From Octopus bimaculoides (taxonomy: Eukaryota): a DNA stretch of 36,989 bases. Position 1 is the first letter of the stretch; every line of letters begins with the position of its first letter. This document shows, piece by piece, positions 10,191-22,082 of the stretch. The notes under the pieces were generated by a model. It was given only the letters and a program-made list of their open reading frames with translations, did not search any database and was not told where the DNA came from. The DNA is taken from NCBI RefSeq assembly GCF_001194135.2, contig NC_068984.1, forward strand, positions 93,698,206 through 93,735,194. Reading direction: 5' to 3'. The position numbers were made by a program, and so were the translations under genes.

Positions 10191-11402
10191 AAAGTATTTT
10201 GCATAATTGGATGTAAGTCTACAGACTTCTTGTTGCACAGTAGTTTACATTCTATCTGATTCAATAGTTTTATTATTATCAAGGTAGCACATAATCATGT
10301 GACGGTAGACAATCTTTTTTTTTCTTTTTAAGTTTTTTTTTTAACTGGTGCAAAAGAGAAGAGCCAGTGACGATTACTCTCCTCAGATAGTGAAAGGAAG
10401 TTAACTTCTCAACAGAGAATCTGCCAATATATGCAACATATGTCAATGCAAACATAGTGGTGCTAAACTGGGAGGCTTATTAAGTTTACCAAGAACAGGA
10501 ATGACTGCTCCAACAGGTTCCACACACTTTCCACCAAGATGACTTTGGAGAACTGACAATGAAGTACTTCAACACAGATGTAATTTACTGGTATTCTGTA
10601 TAGATGAAGTGATACTAAAGCTATCGATGCTGTGATCTTTCAGGTTCTGTGGTATTTGTATTGCTATAAAGATGGACTTAAGGTTTAAGTACCATCTCTC
10701 AAAAATGCTCTCACACATTCTAATATATGATTTAGAGATTTGTGTCTCCAAGAAGTAGGACACTATGTCAATTTATGGATTCAGCACTGAACACACAAAC
10801 CTCTATTTAAATCAACTATTTTGACAACTTTAGTTATCTATACCGTTATTTAGGTTAACAATAAAAATCCCTTATTCATGTAAAGAATATAAGGATGTTA
10901 TACTATATCCTTATGAAAACCACTAACCTTTCTAATCACTGACCATCAACAGAAAATTGGCAGAGCTGAAGGTATTGTAACAGAAGTATAAGCAAATAGT
11001 ACGGTATTATATCATTAGAGACAAGGATGATATTGAGGATAGGCTGAAGAGAGTGTAGAATGATGGTTAGCCAGAAGAAGGTACGGTGCAGTATGATAGG
11101 TGTACTGGAGATGTGTGGCATAAAGATTGAGTTGTGGCAGTTCAACAGGAGATAGTATGGTGAGGTGGTGTTGTATGTTGGTTAGTATGGGGTGGTGGTT
11201 GATATAGAGATTTTATGATGTGGCAGGAGAAATAGAGCTGTGTGGTTTATGTAGTAAAAGGGTTCTAATTAGCTTCAGAACTTGAAAAATATTTGGAAAA
11301 CATATACTGAAATGAATTCAAGAAACTAAGTGCATTTGACTTCTTGTGACAAAGAAAAAAAATCTTCATGTCATTAAGAATATTTATAGAAATTATATTT
11401 AC

Positions 11403-11520
11403 CATGCAACAGAATAGACATTTCCAAAAGAGAAGGTGGTATTTGTAATTTGTTGGAGACAACAGTAGCAGTTGCTAACACAATTAAACAATCAAGTGAT
11501 TTGAACACTTTTTCCATTTC
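11403..11520 (-). CDS. Internal coding exon of host gene, probably condensin-II subunit G2 (NCAPG2)-like
   Basis: Acceptor tattttgtttttgtttatag|, donor CATG|gtaaat, 118 nt, phase 0 to 1. Encodes EMEKVFKSLDCLIVLATATVVSNKLQIPPSLLEMSILLH; SLLEMSILLH(G) resembles ALLECVIILNG recalled from human NCAPG2. Confidence 0.72.
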
Positions 11521-11667
11521 CTATAAACAAAAACAAAATATAATCACATATAAGATATTACACACAAATCCATTTCTGGGATAAATCACATTTAAGATGC
11601 TCATCAGGCAACCACATTGCCAATTACACAACAGAGTGCCTGTCATTCCATTTCCACGTATTATATA

Positions 11668-12218
11668 CAGGGTTATTCAAAAAGAATGAACTGATTTCAT
11701 TACACAATATTTTAATAAGGAAAAGCAACAGAAAACTCCAGCTATGTCACAGGTATTTACTCACAATCAACTTTTATTTCCTGTCTTACAAGTGTTCAAT
11801 GTGGCCACCACCTGCAGCACAGGCAACATCAATGTGATAAGAGAATTCCTCCCAGACGTGTAGCAGCATATCCCAATCCACTGAGTTGATCACTGATGTT
11901 ATTCGATGTTTAATGTGTGGCAGCCATTCAAAACTTCGAAAACTCTACCACCACCCACTAACCTCAATGACCTTAAACATCAAATAACAACAGTAATCAA
12001 CTCAGTGGATCGTGATATGCTGATACGCGTCTGGGAGGAATTCTCTTATCACATTGATGTTGCCTGTGCTGCAGGTGGTAGTCACATTGAACACTTCTAA
12101 GACAGGAAATAAAATCTGATTGTGAATAAATACTTGTGACTTAGCTAGAGTTTTCTAATGCTTATCCTTATTAAAATATTGCGTAATGAAATTGGTTCAT
12201 TCTTTTTGAATAACCCTC
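11668..12218. mobile_element. Tc1/mariner-derived fold-back MITE, 551 bp, TA TSD
   Basis: Arms 11668-11913 and 11973-12218 (246 bp each) are near-identical inverted repeats flanked by TA. Arms encode a transposase C-terminus (LNDLKHQITTVINSVDRDMLIRVWEEF...GGSHIEHF*). Confidence 0.9.
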
Positions 12219-12545
12219 TACTATTATTTGTTTTTGTTATTCTAGCTGTACTAATTTGTCTTCGCAATATAATTTGTCAATCATTTAATGCCACCTGTGA
12301 ACTCAATGAGCAGGTTTCCTTTCCTTGTGTGAATTTAGTGTTTAAAATATCTAATATTTCCATTAAAATCTTAGCTGTTAATTCACAGTAAACTTATACA
12401 CACAAAATTGATTTCAAAATAAAACCTTCCAGGGTTTTCTTCATTCACAAATTTGGTATTTGTAGCAAGTTAAAATACTGAGACCCAATATATAGATAAC
12501 TTTAATACATCTAAATTAGAACACTGGTTTATACATCCCAATGAT

Positions 12546-13372
12546 TACAAAGGGGTTAGAAAGTTCTTTAACTCCCTTTTGGAACATTATCTCCCAGTTT
12601 CAAAATGAAAACAAAGGTCATGGGCACAATTCATTCTACTGACTAAAACTATTAAACTATTTATTTTTAAATACAGATGGTGGATGCTCAGTATGATGTG
12701 AACATGAATGAAACTGAACATTGCATGGCAGAAAAATCTGACGTTGTTTGAGCCAAATCCAGCTGGTTTCTTTGAATGTTTTCTCAGGATGAGTGTTAAC
12801 TTCATCACTTTGAGCCAGAGACAGAGACAATCCATGCAGTGGAAACACCCTTCTTCACCTGCTCCAAAGAAGGCCAAGATTGTTTCTTCTACAGAGGTGA
12901 TAGCTTCAGTTTTTTGGGATGCAAAAGGCCTTGTGTTTATTGACTATCTTCAAAAGGGCCACACTATTAATGCCAACTTGTTGAGGCAGTTATGAAAAGC
13001 TAACATGACCAAACATTCATCAGGACAATGTTTCTGCACACAAGCCTTTGCTTTTAATGGCTGCAATGTATTACTGTGGCCTTGAACTGGTTGATCAGCC
13101 TCCCTATTCTCCTGATTTCGCTTCATCTGACTATCATCTGTTCCCCAACATGAAAAAACACTTGGCAAGGAACCCATATCCGTGATGACAACGTCCTATT
13201 TACAGTTGATGACATTTTTGACCAGTAAGATGAAAGCTTCTTCACCAATGGAATTCAAACACAGCAACAATGTGTAGACTAAAAAGGAGACTATGTTGAA
13301 AAATAAACCTCATTTGATCACATTCCATGAGAGTGTCCAGATCAGCCTATGAACTTTTTAACTGACCCTCAT
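12546..13372 (+). pseudogene. Decayed, internally deleted mariner (DD34D-type) transposase
   Basis: SMQWKHPSSPAPKKAK, ASVFWDAKG, HQDN and PPYSPDFASSDYHLF (YSPDLAPSD motif). TIR-like end aactttttaactgaccctca followed by TA; left end only approximate. Confidence 0.85.
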
Positions 13373-13389
13373 ACTTCAAAATGACCACC

Positions 13390-14040
13390 TCCATTGCTAA
13401 TCAGGTTACCTAAGTAACAGAAATTATCTACTACATCTAGAGATCCTTCTGGGTATTTGAGAGTCTAATTCCTGTGCACTTTTTGTGCTTACTGCTCCAG
13501 TGTCTGCTACATACAAAGCCTAATTTCTCTGTTAACCAGCTTGTGATTCCACTGCAATATTTTACATTGTCTACACTGTATAAACTTTCTACTTGTCTTT
13601 TCCACAAATTGAACAAGGTCGTTTCTCTAATGTAAGCAGAAATCTATCTGCTTTCTTTGGTCTTTGCTAAGTTAACTTTGAGGCTCTTATTCCAGGTTTT
13701 GTTTCCACCTCAGAAATTTCTTTAATTCTACTACAGGTAAGTTGTAACAAGATTATCAGCATACATGAGTTCTCATGGGCAACTGGCTTTAAACTCTTCT
13801 GTTATGGAGAGGACAATGATGAATAGAAGACAACTAAGAATCCGTGGAGAACTATTTGTACACAAAACTCATTAACTCTCACCTTACTGACAGCATCTCT
13901 GTACGTGGTTTTTATGGGTCTCACAAGCTATTCATCTATTCCTAGCTTCCTCAGCAATTACCAGATTAAAGTGATGGACCCTGTCAAAAGCTGTCTCCAG
14001 ATCAATGAATGCTAAGTACAGCAGCTTACTCCATAGAGTC
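13390..14040 (-). mobile_element. Highly decayed RTE fragment (RT plus PHD remnant)
   Basis: LAFIDLETAFDRV in ORF 13932..14243. PCSIC, CRQC and CSGI...FVC remnants at about 13505-13620. Confidence 0.65.
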
Positions 14041-14829
14041 ATGCCAGATAATATATGTATATTTTTGTAGCGTTCACTTTTACATGTATTCTCATGCTGG
14101 TATGGATTAAACAATAAGCAAGTATGTATGAAGTTTGATAATACATGAGGATTAGAAACATGGAAACTAGTTGTAATTTGTGATGGCTCACTTTCAAAAT
14201 GATGTGTGTATATGGTGAAGGAATGGTTGACAAGGTGTATCAAATGATAACTTGCATTTCGTCTGTCAAGTAATGGCTAAGTAGATATAGCTATTCAGTA
14301 AGCAGAGATCAATAAAATATATACCAGACAAAACTGAAACCAGTAAAAAAAAATACAAATAATCAATTCAATTGACTACACTCTCCCATTTTAAATAAAA
14401 GTGAACCACAGTAGCTTCTTAGGTCAGTACCAGAGCCAGACAAAGCATTTCTTATGAAGCTCTGAAGTTTCTGACATGACGCAAAAGCCTAATATTAAAA
14501 AATAAAAAGCATTTGAGACAATGTGACATTGATGCCCTTACCTCTTGATTAGTAGTAAAAGTGAAATCATTACTAGGAAAACTACAACTTATACTTTATT
14601 ATCTTCTAACTATGGCACAAGTCCACACAGTTTCATTAATGAACTTACATGATACTTATTTCTCTTGTATTTCATTAATCCGTGAAGGGTTAAAGCAAAC
14701 TAAATCCTAGTGTGATTTGAATACATAATCTACGAAGACCTAATCAAATACTACAAGTTATTTTGTTCAGTATTCATTAATTCTAGCATCCACCACACTT
14801 TTCAAATTTTAAATTCAATGTTAACATAC

Positions 14830-14970
14830 CTCCTGTGAGGAATCATGGCTAGATTCCAAACCCAACAAGAGACTTGTTGCAATTTTAAGTAAATTCTGCC
14901 ACAATTCTTCCAGCTCTCTACGACTGTAACCACTAAGAACTTCCTCCCATTCTGTATGAGAATTACTTTT
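14830..14970 (-). CDS. Internal coding exon of host gene, probably NCAPG2-like
   Basis: Acceptor cttttctttgattatctatttgcag|, donor CAGGAG|gtatgt, 141 nt, phase 0 to 0. Encodes KSNSHTEWEEVLSGYSRRELEELWQNLLKIATSLLLGLESSHDSSQE, resembling ELLDELSRKQKEELWQRL recalled from human NCAPG2. Confidence 0.78.
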
Positions 14971-15009
14971 CTGCAAATAGATAATCAAAGAAAAGTTATG
15001 GCATTTCAA

Positions 15010-15083
15010 TAGAGAGAGAGAGAGAAGGAGAGAGAAGGAGAGAGAGGGGGAGGGGAGAGAGAGGGGGGGGAGAGAGAGAGAGA

Positions 15084-15132
<49 letters not shown>

Positions 15133-15180
15133 CGCGTGTGTGGTGTGTGTGTGTGTGTGCGTGAGCATGTGTGTGTAAGC
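15010..15180. repeat. Compound (GA)n/(GT)n microsatellite
   Basis: Directly visible. Confidence 0.95.
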
Positions 15181-15419
15181 AGGGTACAGCTTATGAAATA
15201 AGTTCCCATTTTTGCTGAAAATGTACATTGAAACTCACGGTGTAATAATGGCCATACACAGGTTTCTTTTATGCAGAATGAACCAGTTTTAGCTGGTTAT
15301 TAATGAATCTGGTTATGCTTGCTGTACTAAGTGAAAGCAGCTAAAAGCTATTGTAAAAAAAAACAATCTAATTTTGAATAGCAATGTATTCCCTAGTAGG
15401 ATACTTAAAATGAAATAGC

Positions 15420-15789
15420 AAGTGTGAAGGGCTTTAATCAAACAAATTAATTCCAGTACTTCTTTTTTGAAGTTTGGCACATATCCTATTGGTCTCTTGC
15501 CACACCACTGAAGTATAGGGACATAAGCAAACTAACACCAGTTTATTTAGCAATGGGAGGGCTACAGACAGACATTAACACAAGAGTACACATAAATACA
15601 TATATATCAATGTATACACACATATATATGACAGGCTTCATTTAATTTCTGTTTACTAAATCCACTCACAAGACTTTGGTTGTCCAGGAGCTATAGTAGA
15701 AGACACTTGCCCAAGATATCACATAGGTTGTGCACAAAAAATCCAAAACCATGTGTCTAAAGAAGCAAGCTTCTTACCATATAATCATG

Positions 15790-15792
<3 letters not shown>
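15420..15792 (-). mobile_element. Decayed tRNA-derived SINE
   Basis: aaatccactcacaagactttgg...gctatagtagaagacacttgccc matches an abundant octopod SINE as I recall it; the head lies at the right end. Confidence 0.6.
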
Positions 15793-15841
<49 letters not shown>

Positions 15842-15870
15842 CACACGCACACACATATATATATGTATAT
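15792..15870. repeat. (TA)n/(CA)n microsatellite
   Basis: Directly visible. Confidence 0.9.
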
Positions 15871-16455
15871 AATACATTAAAAATGAACTTTAATCTTGCT
15901 TCCTTGCTTGCTTACAATGTTACCCAGCCAAACAAGCACAGAATGGGAAAATACTATGAATTAAGGTCCCCTTGAAATGTGAATACAAATGGAATAAAAC
16001 AAGTTTTGCATAAATTGGACAACTGGATGCTGAGATATTAGGGGTTTACATGTGATTTTGATGTCACATTTGTTGAAAGTGTGCGAAATAACCTGGAAAA
16101 GAAAAAACTCTGAAACAAAACTCCATTGTTGAGAAACTCAGACTTTCACGGGAAACTGTGAGGTTCCTACAATCCTTCCTCCTTTTCTTTTCCAGAAGAA
16201 AGTGGCTTGCAGTGGGTTTGGAGGGGAAATACATTGAATGAACTCACAAAAAACCTGTGGAAGAAATTATTTCACACTGAAGTAGAAACAGGTCCTTTAC
16301 GAAATATTTACCCAAGATCGGGACAGGCATGCAAATAGAAGGGTTGATGAGACTGATAAAGTAAGGGCTGAGCATCCAGCGGAACAGAGGGAAAGAGACA
16401 TGGTTTTTCGGATACACTGAACTACTGATGACCCAACAGGTCACAGGTAGTCTAG
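15871..16455 (+). mobile_element. Non-autonomous Helitron-like unit 1
   Basis: Begins tacattaaaaatgaac and ends with hairpin tgacc-caaca-ggtca, 8 nt, CTAG (16452-16455), then T. Directly followed by unit 2. Confidence 0.7.
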
Positions 16456-17340
16456 TATTACATTAAAAATGAACTTCAATCTTGCTTGCTTGCAATGTTA
16501 TACAGCCAAACCAGTGCATAATGGGAAAATGCTATGAATTGAGGTCCTCTTGAAGTGTGAATACAAATGGAATAAAACAAGTTTCGTGCAAATCGGACAA
16601 CTCGTTCTCGAGATATTGAGGATTTTGGGGGATAAAAATACCCAAAACAGTGCATAATGGGAAAATACTCCAAAAATAACTTAACCTTGAAAGGGAAGAA
16701 ACTCTAGCCTTTCCATTAGACACATTATGATGGACAAAATATTTTTAAGTGAAAATGACTTGAAAAATACAGTAAATATTTTGTAAAAGACCCGTTCATA
16801 ACCTCAATGTGAAATAAATTTTTTTCCATAGGATTTTTTCAAGTGCATTCAATGTATCTCGCCTCCAAAGATTTGACTGCTATTTCTAGCACCCCCTGCT
16901 ACCACATAACAGCTATTTGCGATAAAGGTCCCAAAATACCTGTTGCATGGTAGCAGGACATGCAAGAAATAGCAGCCAGATCTTTGCTTTTGTGGGGGAA
17001 AGCAGCTGTTTACACATGGTTTCAATGCCACATTCGTTGAAAGCATGCAAAATAACCTGGAAAAGGAAAAAAAAAACCCACGAAACAAAACTCCATTGCA
17101 GGAAAATTCAGACTTTCTGGGAAACTCCAAGGTCTCCACAACCCCTCCTTCCTTTCTTTTCCAGAATAAAGTGGCTTGTGGTGGGTTTGGAGGAGAGATA
17201 CATTGAATGCACTCACAAAAACCGGTGGAAAATATTATTTCACACCAAAGTATGAACGGATCCTTTATGAAATATTTACCCAAGATTGGCAGAGGCATGC
17301 AAATAAGAGGATCAATGAGACTGATAAAGCAAGTTTTTTC
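16456..17340 (+). mobile_element. Non-autonomous Helitron-like unit 2 (head-to-tail, longer, internal inverted repeats)
   Basis: Restarts tacattaaaaatgaac at about 16459. Contains aagtttcgtgcaaatcggacaactcgttctcgagatatt, similar to the DINE-1/Lep1-type core. Confidence 0.7.
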
Positions 17341-17559
17341 ATTCACAAAATTCCAAGGAGACAAGTGAACAGGGAGTTCTTGCCCTTTTATTTCTCTCAC
17401 CATAAAACCACCACAGGTGGCAGTAAGAATAAAATTACATGTCTTTGCGATGTCCAGTAACATTTCCTGATTTCAAGATAAGACTTTTATATCTTACATT
17501 ATTTCTTTCGCTTTCTTTGAGTTTTCTTACAAAAACATTTTCTTTCTATTTTTTGGGGG

Positions 17560-17648
17560 GATGGGGGGACACTCCAAGGTCCCTACAACCCATCACCCCT
17601 TTCTTTTCCAGTAGAAAGTGGCTTGCAGTGGGTTTGGAGGTGAGATAC
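17560..17648 (+). mobile_element. Third Helitron-like copy, left part (target of the Gypsy insertion)
   Basis: Matches about 17110-17200; the sequence resumes at 22226. Confidence 0.75.
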
Positions 17649-17802
17649 TGTTATGTCTCAAGCTACTGCTATCTAGCACCTTCGGATGATCTCTACTCAA
17701 CCGCTAACCAAATGCTACTCAACACCCCTACCACGGCCAGACTACCTCTATTTATATGTCTTGGGCGATCCTACTTCTTCACTTGGGGGCGTCGACACAA
17801 CA
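17649..17802 (-). repeat. 3' LTR (154 bp)
   Basis: Differs from 22083-22225 by 5 substitutions and one 11-bp indel. PPT GGGGGAGG abuts at 17803-17810. Confidence 0.95.
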
Positions 17803-18319
17803 CCTCCCCCATTTGAGTTTTTTTTTTCTNNNNNNNNNNNNNNNNNNNNNNNNNNNNNNNNNNNNNNNNNNNNNNNNNNNNNNNNNNNNNNNNNNNNNNN
17901 NNNNNNNNNNNNNNNNNNNNNNNNNNNNNNNNNNNNNNNNNNNNNNNNNNNNNNNNNNNNNNNNNNNNNNNNNNNNNNNNNNNNNNNNNNNNNNNNNNNN
18001 NNNNNNNNNNNNNNNNNNNNNNNNNNNNNNNNNNNNNNNNNNNNNNNNNNNNNNNNNNNNNNNNNNNNNNNNNNNNNNNNNNNNNNNNNNNNNNNNNNNN
18101 NNNNNNNNNNNNNNNNNNNNNNNNNNNNNNNNNNNNNNNNNNNNNNNNNNNNNNNNNNNNNNNNNNNNNNNNNNNNNNNNNNNNNNNNNNNNNNNNNNNN
18201 NNNNNNNNNNNNNNNNNNNNNNNNNNNNNNNNNNNNNNNNNNNNNNNNNNNNNNNNNNNNNNNNNNNNNNNNNNNNNNNNNNNNNNNNNNNNNNNNNNNN
18301 NNNNNNNNNNNNNNNNNNN

Positions 18320-21113
18320 TCTATGTTCATATTTCGGTCCTTTTACTGTGTACATCACATTACCCAGACGTTCCGATATACTTCCTTGTTCCCAGTCCTG
18401 TTTTCCATTACTATATACTCTAAAATACACTTTGTCACTTGTGTTAAAAAATTTCGTTTTTCTTCCCGAATTTTCTATTTTCTGTTTCCTGCTCGGCAAC
18501 CATTTTTCAAAGATAGAACGAATTTTTCTGGAAAACATCAAATCTGCTGGTGACCTACCTGACTCTGCATTTGGATTCGGTTTCATTCTATACACCTGCA
18601 AAAACTTTGTCATATTTGTATCTTCAAAGGTTTCTCGTCTGGTCTTCCTTAAAGCTCTCTTGAATGTGTCGACAAATCTTTCCGCTAACCCATTTGACCT
18701 TGGGTGGTATGGCGGAGTTAACACATGCTTCATCTGAACCGATTTACAGGATCTTTTAAACTCCTTCGCTGTGAATTGTGTCCCATTATCTGACACGATC
18801 GTATCTGGTACTCCATACCGAGCAAACAGTTCTTCCAAGAAGTCAATCGTCACACTTGTGGTTGGCCTTGAACATTTACACACTTCAGGCCATTTGGAAT
18901 AGCTATCCACCACAATGAAGTAATAGGAGCCATTTAATGGTCCTGCGAAATCCACATGTAGTCTAGACCATGCCGAATCTGTTTTTGGCCAAGGCTGTAT
19001 CTGCACTGGGGGTGCCCTTGCTGCCATTGCGCATCCCCTACACTGTTGTACCAGTCTCTCAATTTGCTTGTCTATATTTGGCCAATAAACGTAACTTCTC
19101 ATAAGGCTCTTCATCCGGACAATCCCTGGATGTCCAACATGAAAATCTTTTAATACTCTGTTTCGCAGTATTTCAGGTATTACCACTCTTTGTGCATATA
19201 ATAATACCTCATCACATACTGAATAGTACTTTGAACCTACGTCCCGCTCCTTTATATTTTTTGTGTTACACAACATATTTTTAATCTTATTTATAAACCT
19301 ATCATTTTCCGATTTCAATATAATTTCTTCCAGCGTTACCGGCAAATCACGTACTACATTGCACAAAATGTTCTTCAGTTCCATTTCTAGTTTTAACGAT
19401 GCAATCACCGTGTCTTCAAAAGGTTCCTCATATTTTGGAATCAGCCTAGACAACCCGTCTGTGTGTCCCATTTTCATTGATGGCAAAAACTCCATCTGAA
19501 AATCGTAGTTCAACAGAGTAGTTCCCCAACGATGTAAGCGGTTTACTGAGTGCGTGGGGATACCCTTTTTCAAACCAAAAATAGACAATAACGGTCGGTG
19601 GTCTGTTTGCAGTGTAAACTTCCTCCCATGTAAGAATTTATGGAATTTTTTAACTGCGAAGATTAATGATAATGCCTCTTTTTCAATCTGGTTGTAGTTT
19701 CTTTCCACTGGTAACAGAACTCTCGATGCATGTGCAATAGCTTTGATTTTACCATCATTAAATTTATGCAATATCACCGCTCCTATGCCATAGTCACTGG
19801 TGTCCAATGCCACAATTATTTTCAATTTTGGGTTGAAATGAGTTAATGATAACTCTGAAGACATTGCTTTTTTAATTCCTCGAATAATTTCTGACATTCG
19901 GTTGTCCAGCTCCATTTCGAGTTCAACAGAGCTCTTAGCTCACACATTTTAGGTATGTACAACTGGTAATAACTTACCAACCCTAAAAATGCTTGTAGTG
20001 TTGTTTTGTTAGTGGGAGCAGGCATTTTTTTTATCGTCCGTTTTCATCCATCACTTGTCCTAAGTACTTTATTTTAGTAAAAAAAAATTCACATTTATCC
20101 TCCCTTACTTTAAATCCATAATCACTTATTCGTTTGAAAACCTCTTCTATATGTTCACTATGCTGGTCCCTTGATTCACTTTTAATCAATATGTCATCCA
20201 GGTATGGGACCGCGAACTCACAATCTGCCAGCATAGTATCCATTACTTACTAAAATATTGCTGGTGCAACCTTCACCCCAAATGGCAGTCTTTTGAAACG
20301 ATACAGACCTTTATGAGTATTAATTGTTAATACTCTAGCACATTCTTCGTCTACCTGTAATTGGAGGTAGGCCTCAGACAAATCCAGCTTGGAAAAAATT
20401 TTCCCACCACTGCACTTGGCAAATACTTCCTCGGGATTTGGCAGCGGATAATTATACTTTTTTAAACAGTCATTCAGCCCAGTTGAGAAGTCCACACATA
20501 CTCTTACCTCGTTATTCTTCTTTTTTATATATACCGTAGTAGCTGCCCACTCTGAGTAATCCACTTTTTCAATTACTTCCAGGTCTTCCAATCGTTCTAA
20601 TTCCTTCTCAACTTGATTCAACGCCGCAAACAGTACATTCCATTTCGGTTTAAACACCGGCACCGCATTTTCTTTTAACTCAAACTTTACTTTAATTTTT
20701 TCACACATACCGAGCTCTTTCGAAAAAATATCTGGGTACATCCTTTTCAGTTTTAATTTCATTTTTTCCAATGCTTTCTCTGACACGGGCTGTGACGCAT
20801 TCACCTTGTTACACAATATATTCAGTGATAGATCCCACAGGTTGAATCCTTTCATTAAATCCGTCCCAAACAGATTCATTGTATTTTTTGAGATCATTAG
20901 TTTACATTTCCATGTCCTGTTTTTGAGTTTTATTTCTGTTGAGGTTTCACCCAAGAATCGAACTCGTTCTCCTGACACACCATGGGCTATCCTAGTAGTC
21001 TTTTTACACAACGGCCTGCCTATTTTACTCCATGTTGCCGTATTTATTATCGATACGTCTGAACCGGTATCTAATTGCATTTTGGTCTGATTCCCATTTA
21101 TTTCTACCGACAC
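18320..21113 (-). pseudogene. Gypsy pol (protease, RT, RNase H, integrase) with stops and frameshifts
   Basis: LDTGS, RLPFG, YLDD, DTSDYGIGAV, H-H-C-C zinc motif, VDFAG, and SDNG-x35-AER. Confidence 0.92.
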
Positions 21114-21997
21114 ATTTTCGGTTTTGTCTGGTATAGCTTACTTTTGTTGAGTAGACTTTCTTTGGTTTTACAATTTTCTTTGACTGGCATTTCATCTGTA
21201 TATGCCCAATTTTACCACACTTAAAACAGGTTTTATCTTTAAAGGGGCAATCTTTCCTCAAATGTCACTCTCCACAATCATAGCACCGTTTTGAATTTTA
21301 AATTTTCCTTCTTTGTATACTTTCTTTACACATTTGTACATTATTCTTGCCTTCTATTTTCCTTGTATCATCTCGAAGGTTTATTATTTGTTGGCATTCT
21401 TCAGCCACTTTCTGCAAAGTGAGTTTCACATCTTGGTTCAACTTTGATAATATTCTTTTTCTAATTTCCGTGTCTTCCGTTGCCACTAGCCCTTTAACGA
21501 ATATTAAACACTTGAACGTATCTGGCGTTAATTCTTCCAACTTGAACCTTTCTCAAGCCTTGTTAACCATACCAGTATATGTCACAAAATCATCGGGCTT
21601 GTTTTTCTTTAAGTTTAAACATTCCCATCAAATGTTAAACTGTGAACTTTTCTCGCTAAAAATATTCGTCAAAATATTTATCGTTTCCTCAAAACACAAT
21701 TCCACGGGCTTTCTCGGCAAAATAAAGTTACAAAAACTTTCATGTTCCGGAGTAGCAAGCTTTCGCAAAAGGAGTCTTACCTTCCGCTCGGAATATATCT
21801 TCGTATCGTCTGTAATATGCCGCAAAAGTAGTTCCTTCATCTGTATTGTACTGAAATTCTTCGAAGGAATTTGCAACACCATCTGCTGAAAATGATTCTG
21901 TAGTATTTGTCGCCTGCAGTAACAATTCTGTTAACTTCTGTAGTTGCTGCTGCTGCTGCTCTTGTTGTTTCACTACTGCTTTCAGTAACTCTTCCAT
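21025..21997 (-). pseudogene. Gypsy gag with two CCHC knuckles, frameshifted
   Basis: MEELLKAVVKQQEQQQ...TFAAYYRRYEDIF; CYDCGE*HLRKDC and CFKCGKIGHIQMKC. Confidence 0.85.
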
Positions 21998-22068
21998 ATT
22001 TGGTGCTATTAGAAACCTCGTCGCCACTGTTATATTGCAATACTACACAGTGGTTGTGTGAGCTGCGA

Positions 22069-22081
22069 ATCCTCGTCGCCA
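22069..22081 (-). promoter_or_regulatory. Primer-binding site TGGCGACGAGGAT
   Basis: 1 nt from the 5' LTR. Complementary to a tRNA 3' end, recalled as tRNA-Ser(GCU). Confidence 0.8.
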
Positions 22082-22082
22082 C

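Noticed and set aside
12295-12374. Minus-strand exon-like segment KILMEILDILNTKF...
   Set aside because: Weak splice sites, wrong phase to follow exon 14830-14970, and redundant with 11403-11520.
14431-14488. Minus-strand exon-like segment AFASCQKLQSFIRNALSGS with a good acceptor
   Set aside because: Donor is weak, and exon 11403-11520 fits the expected protein continuation much better.
15239-15340. Strong minus-strand donor (CACC|gtgagt) close to the first host exon
   Set aside because: No frame is open from a credible acceptor to a phase-0 end. A non-coding exon cannot be excluded.
15871-17340. Repeats as a CRISPR array or other prokaryotic system
   Set aside because: No regular repeat-spacer pattern or cas genes; the context is clearly eukaryotic.
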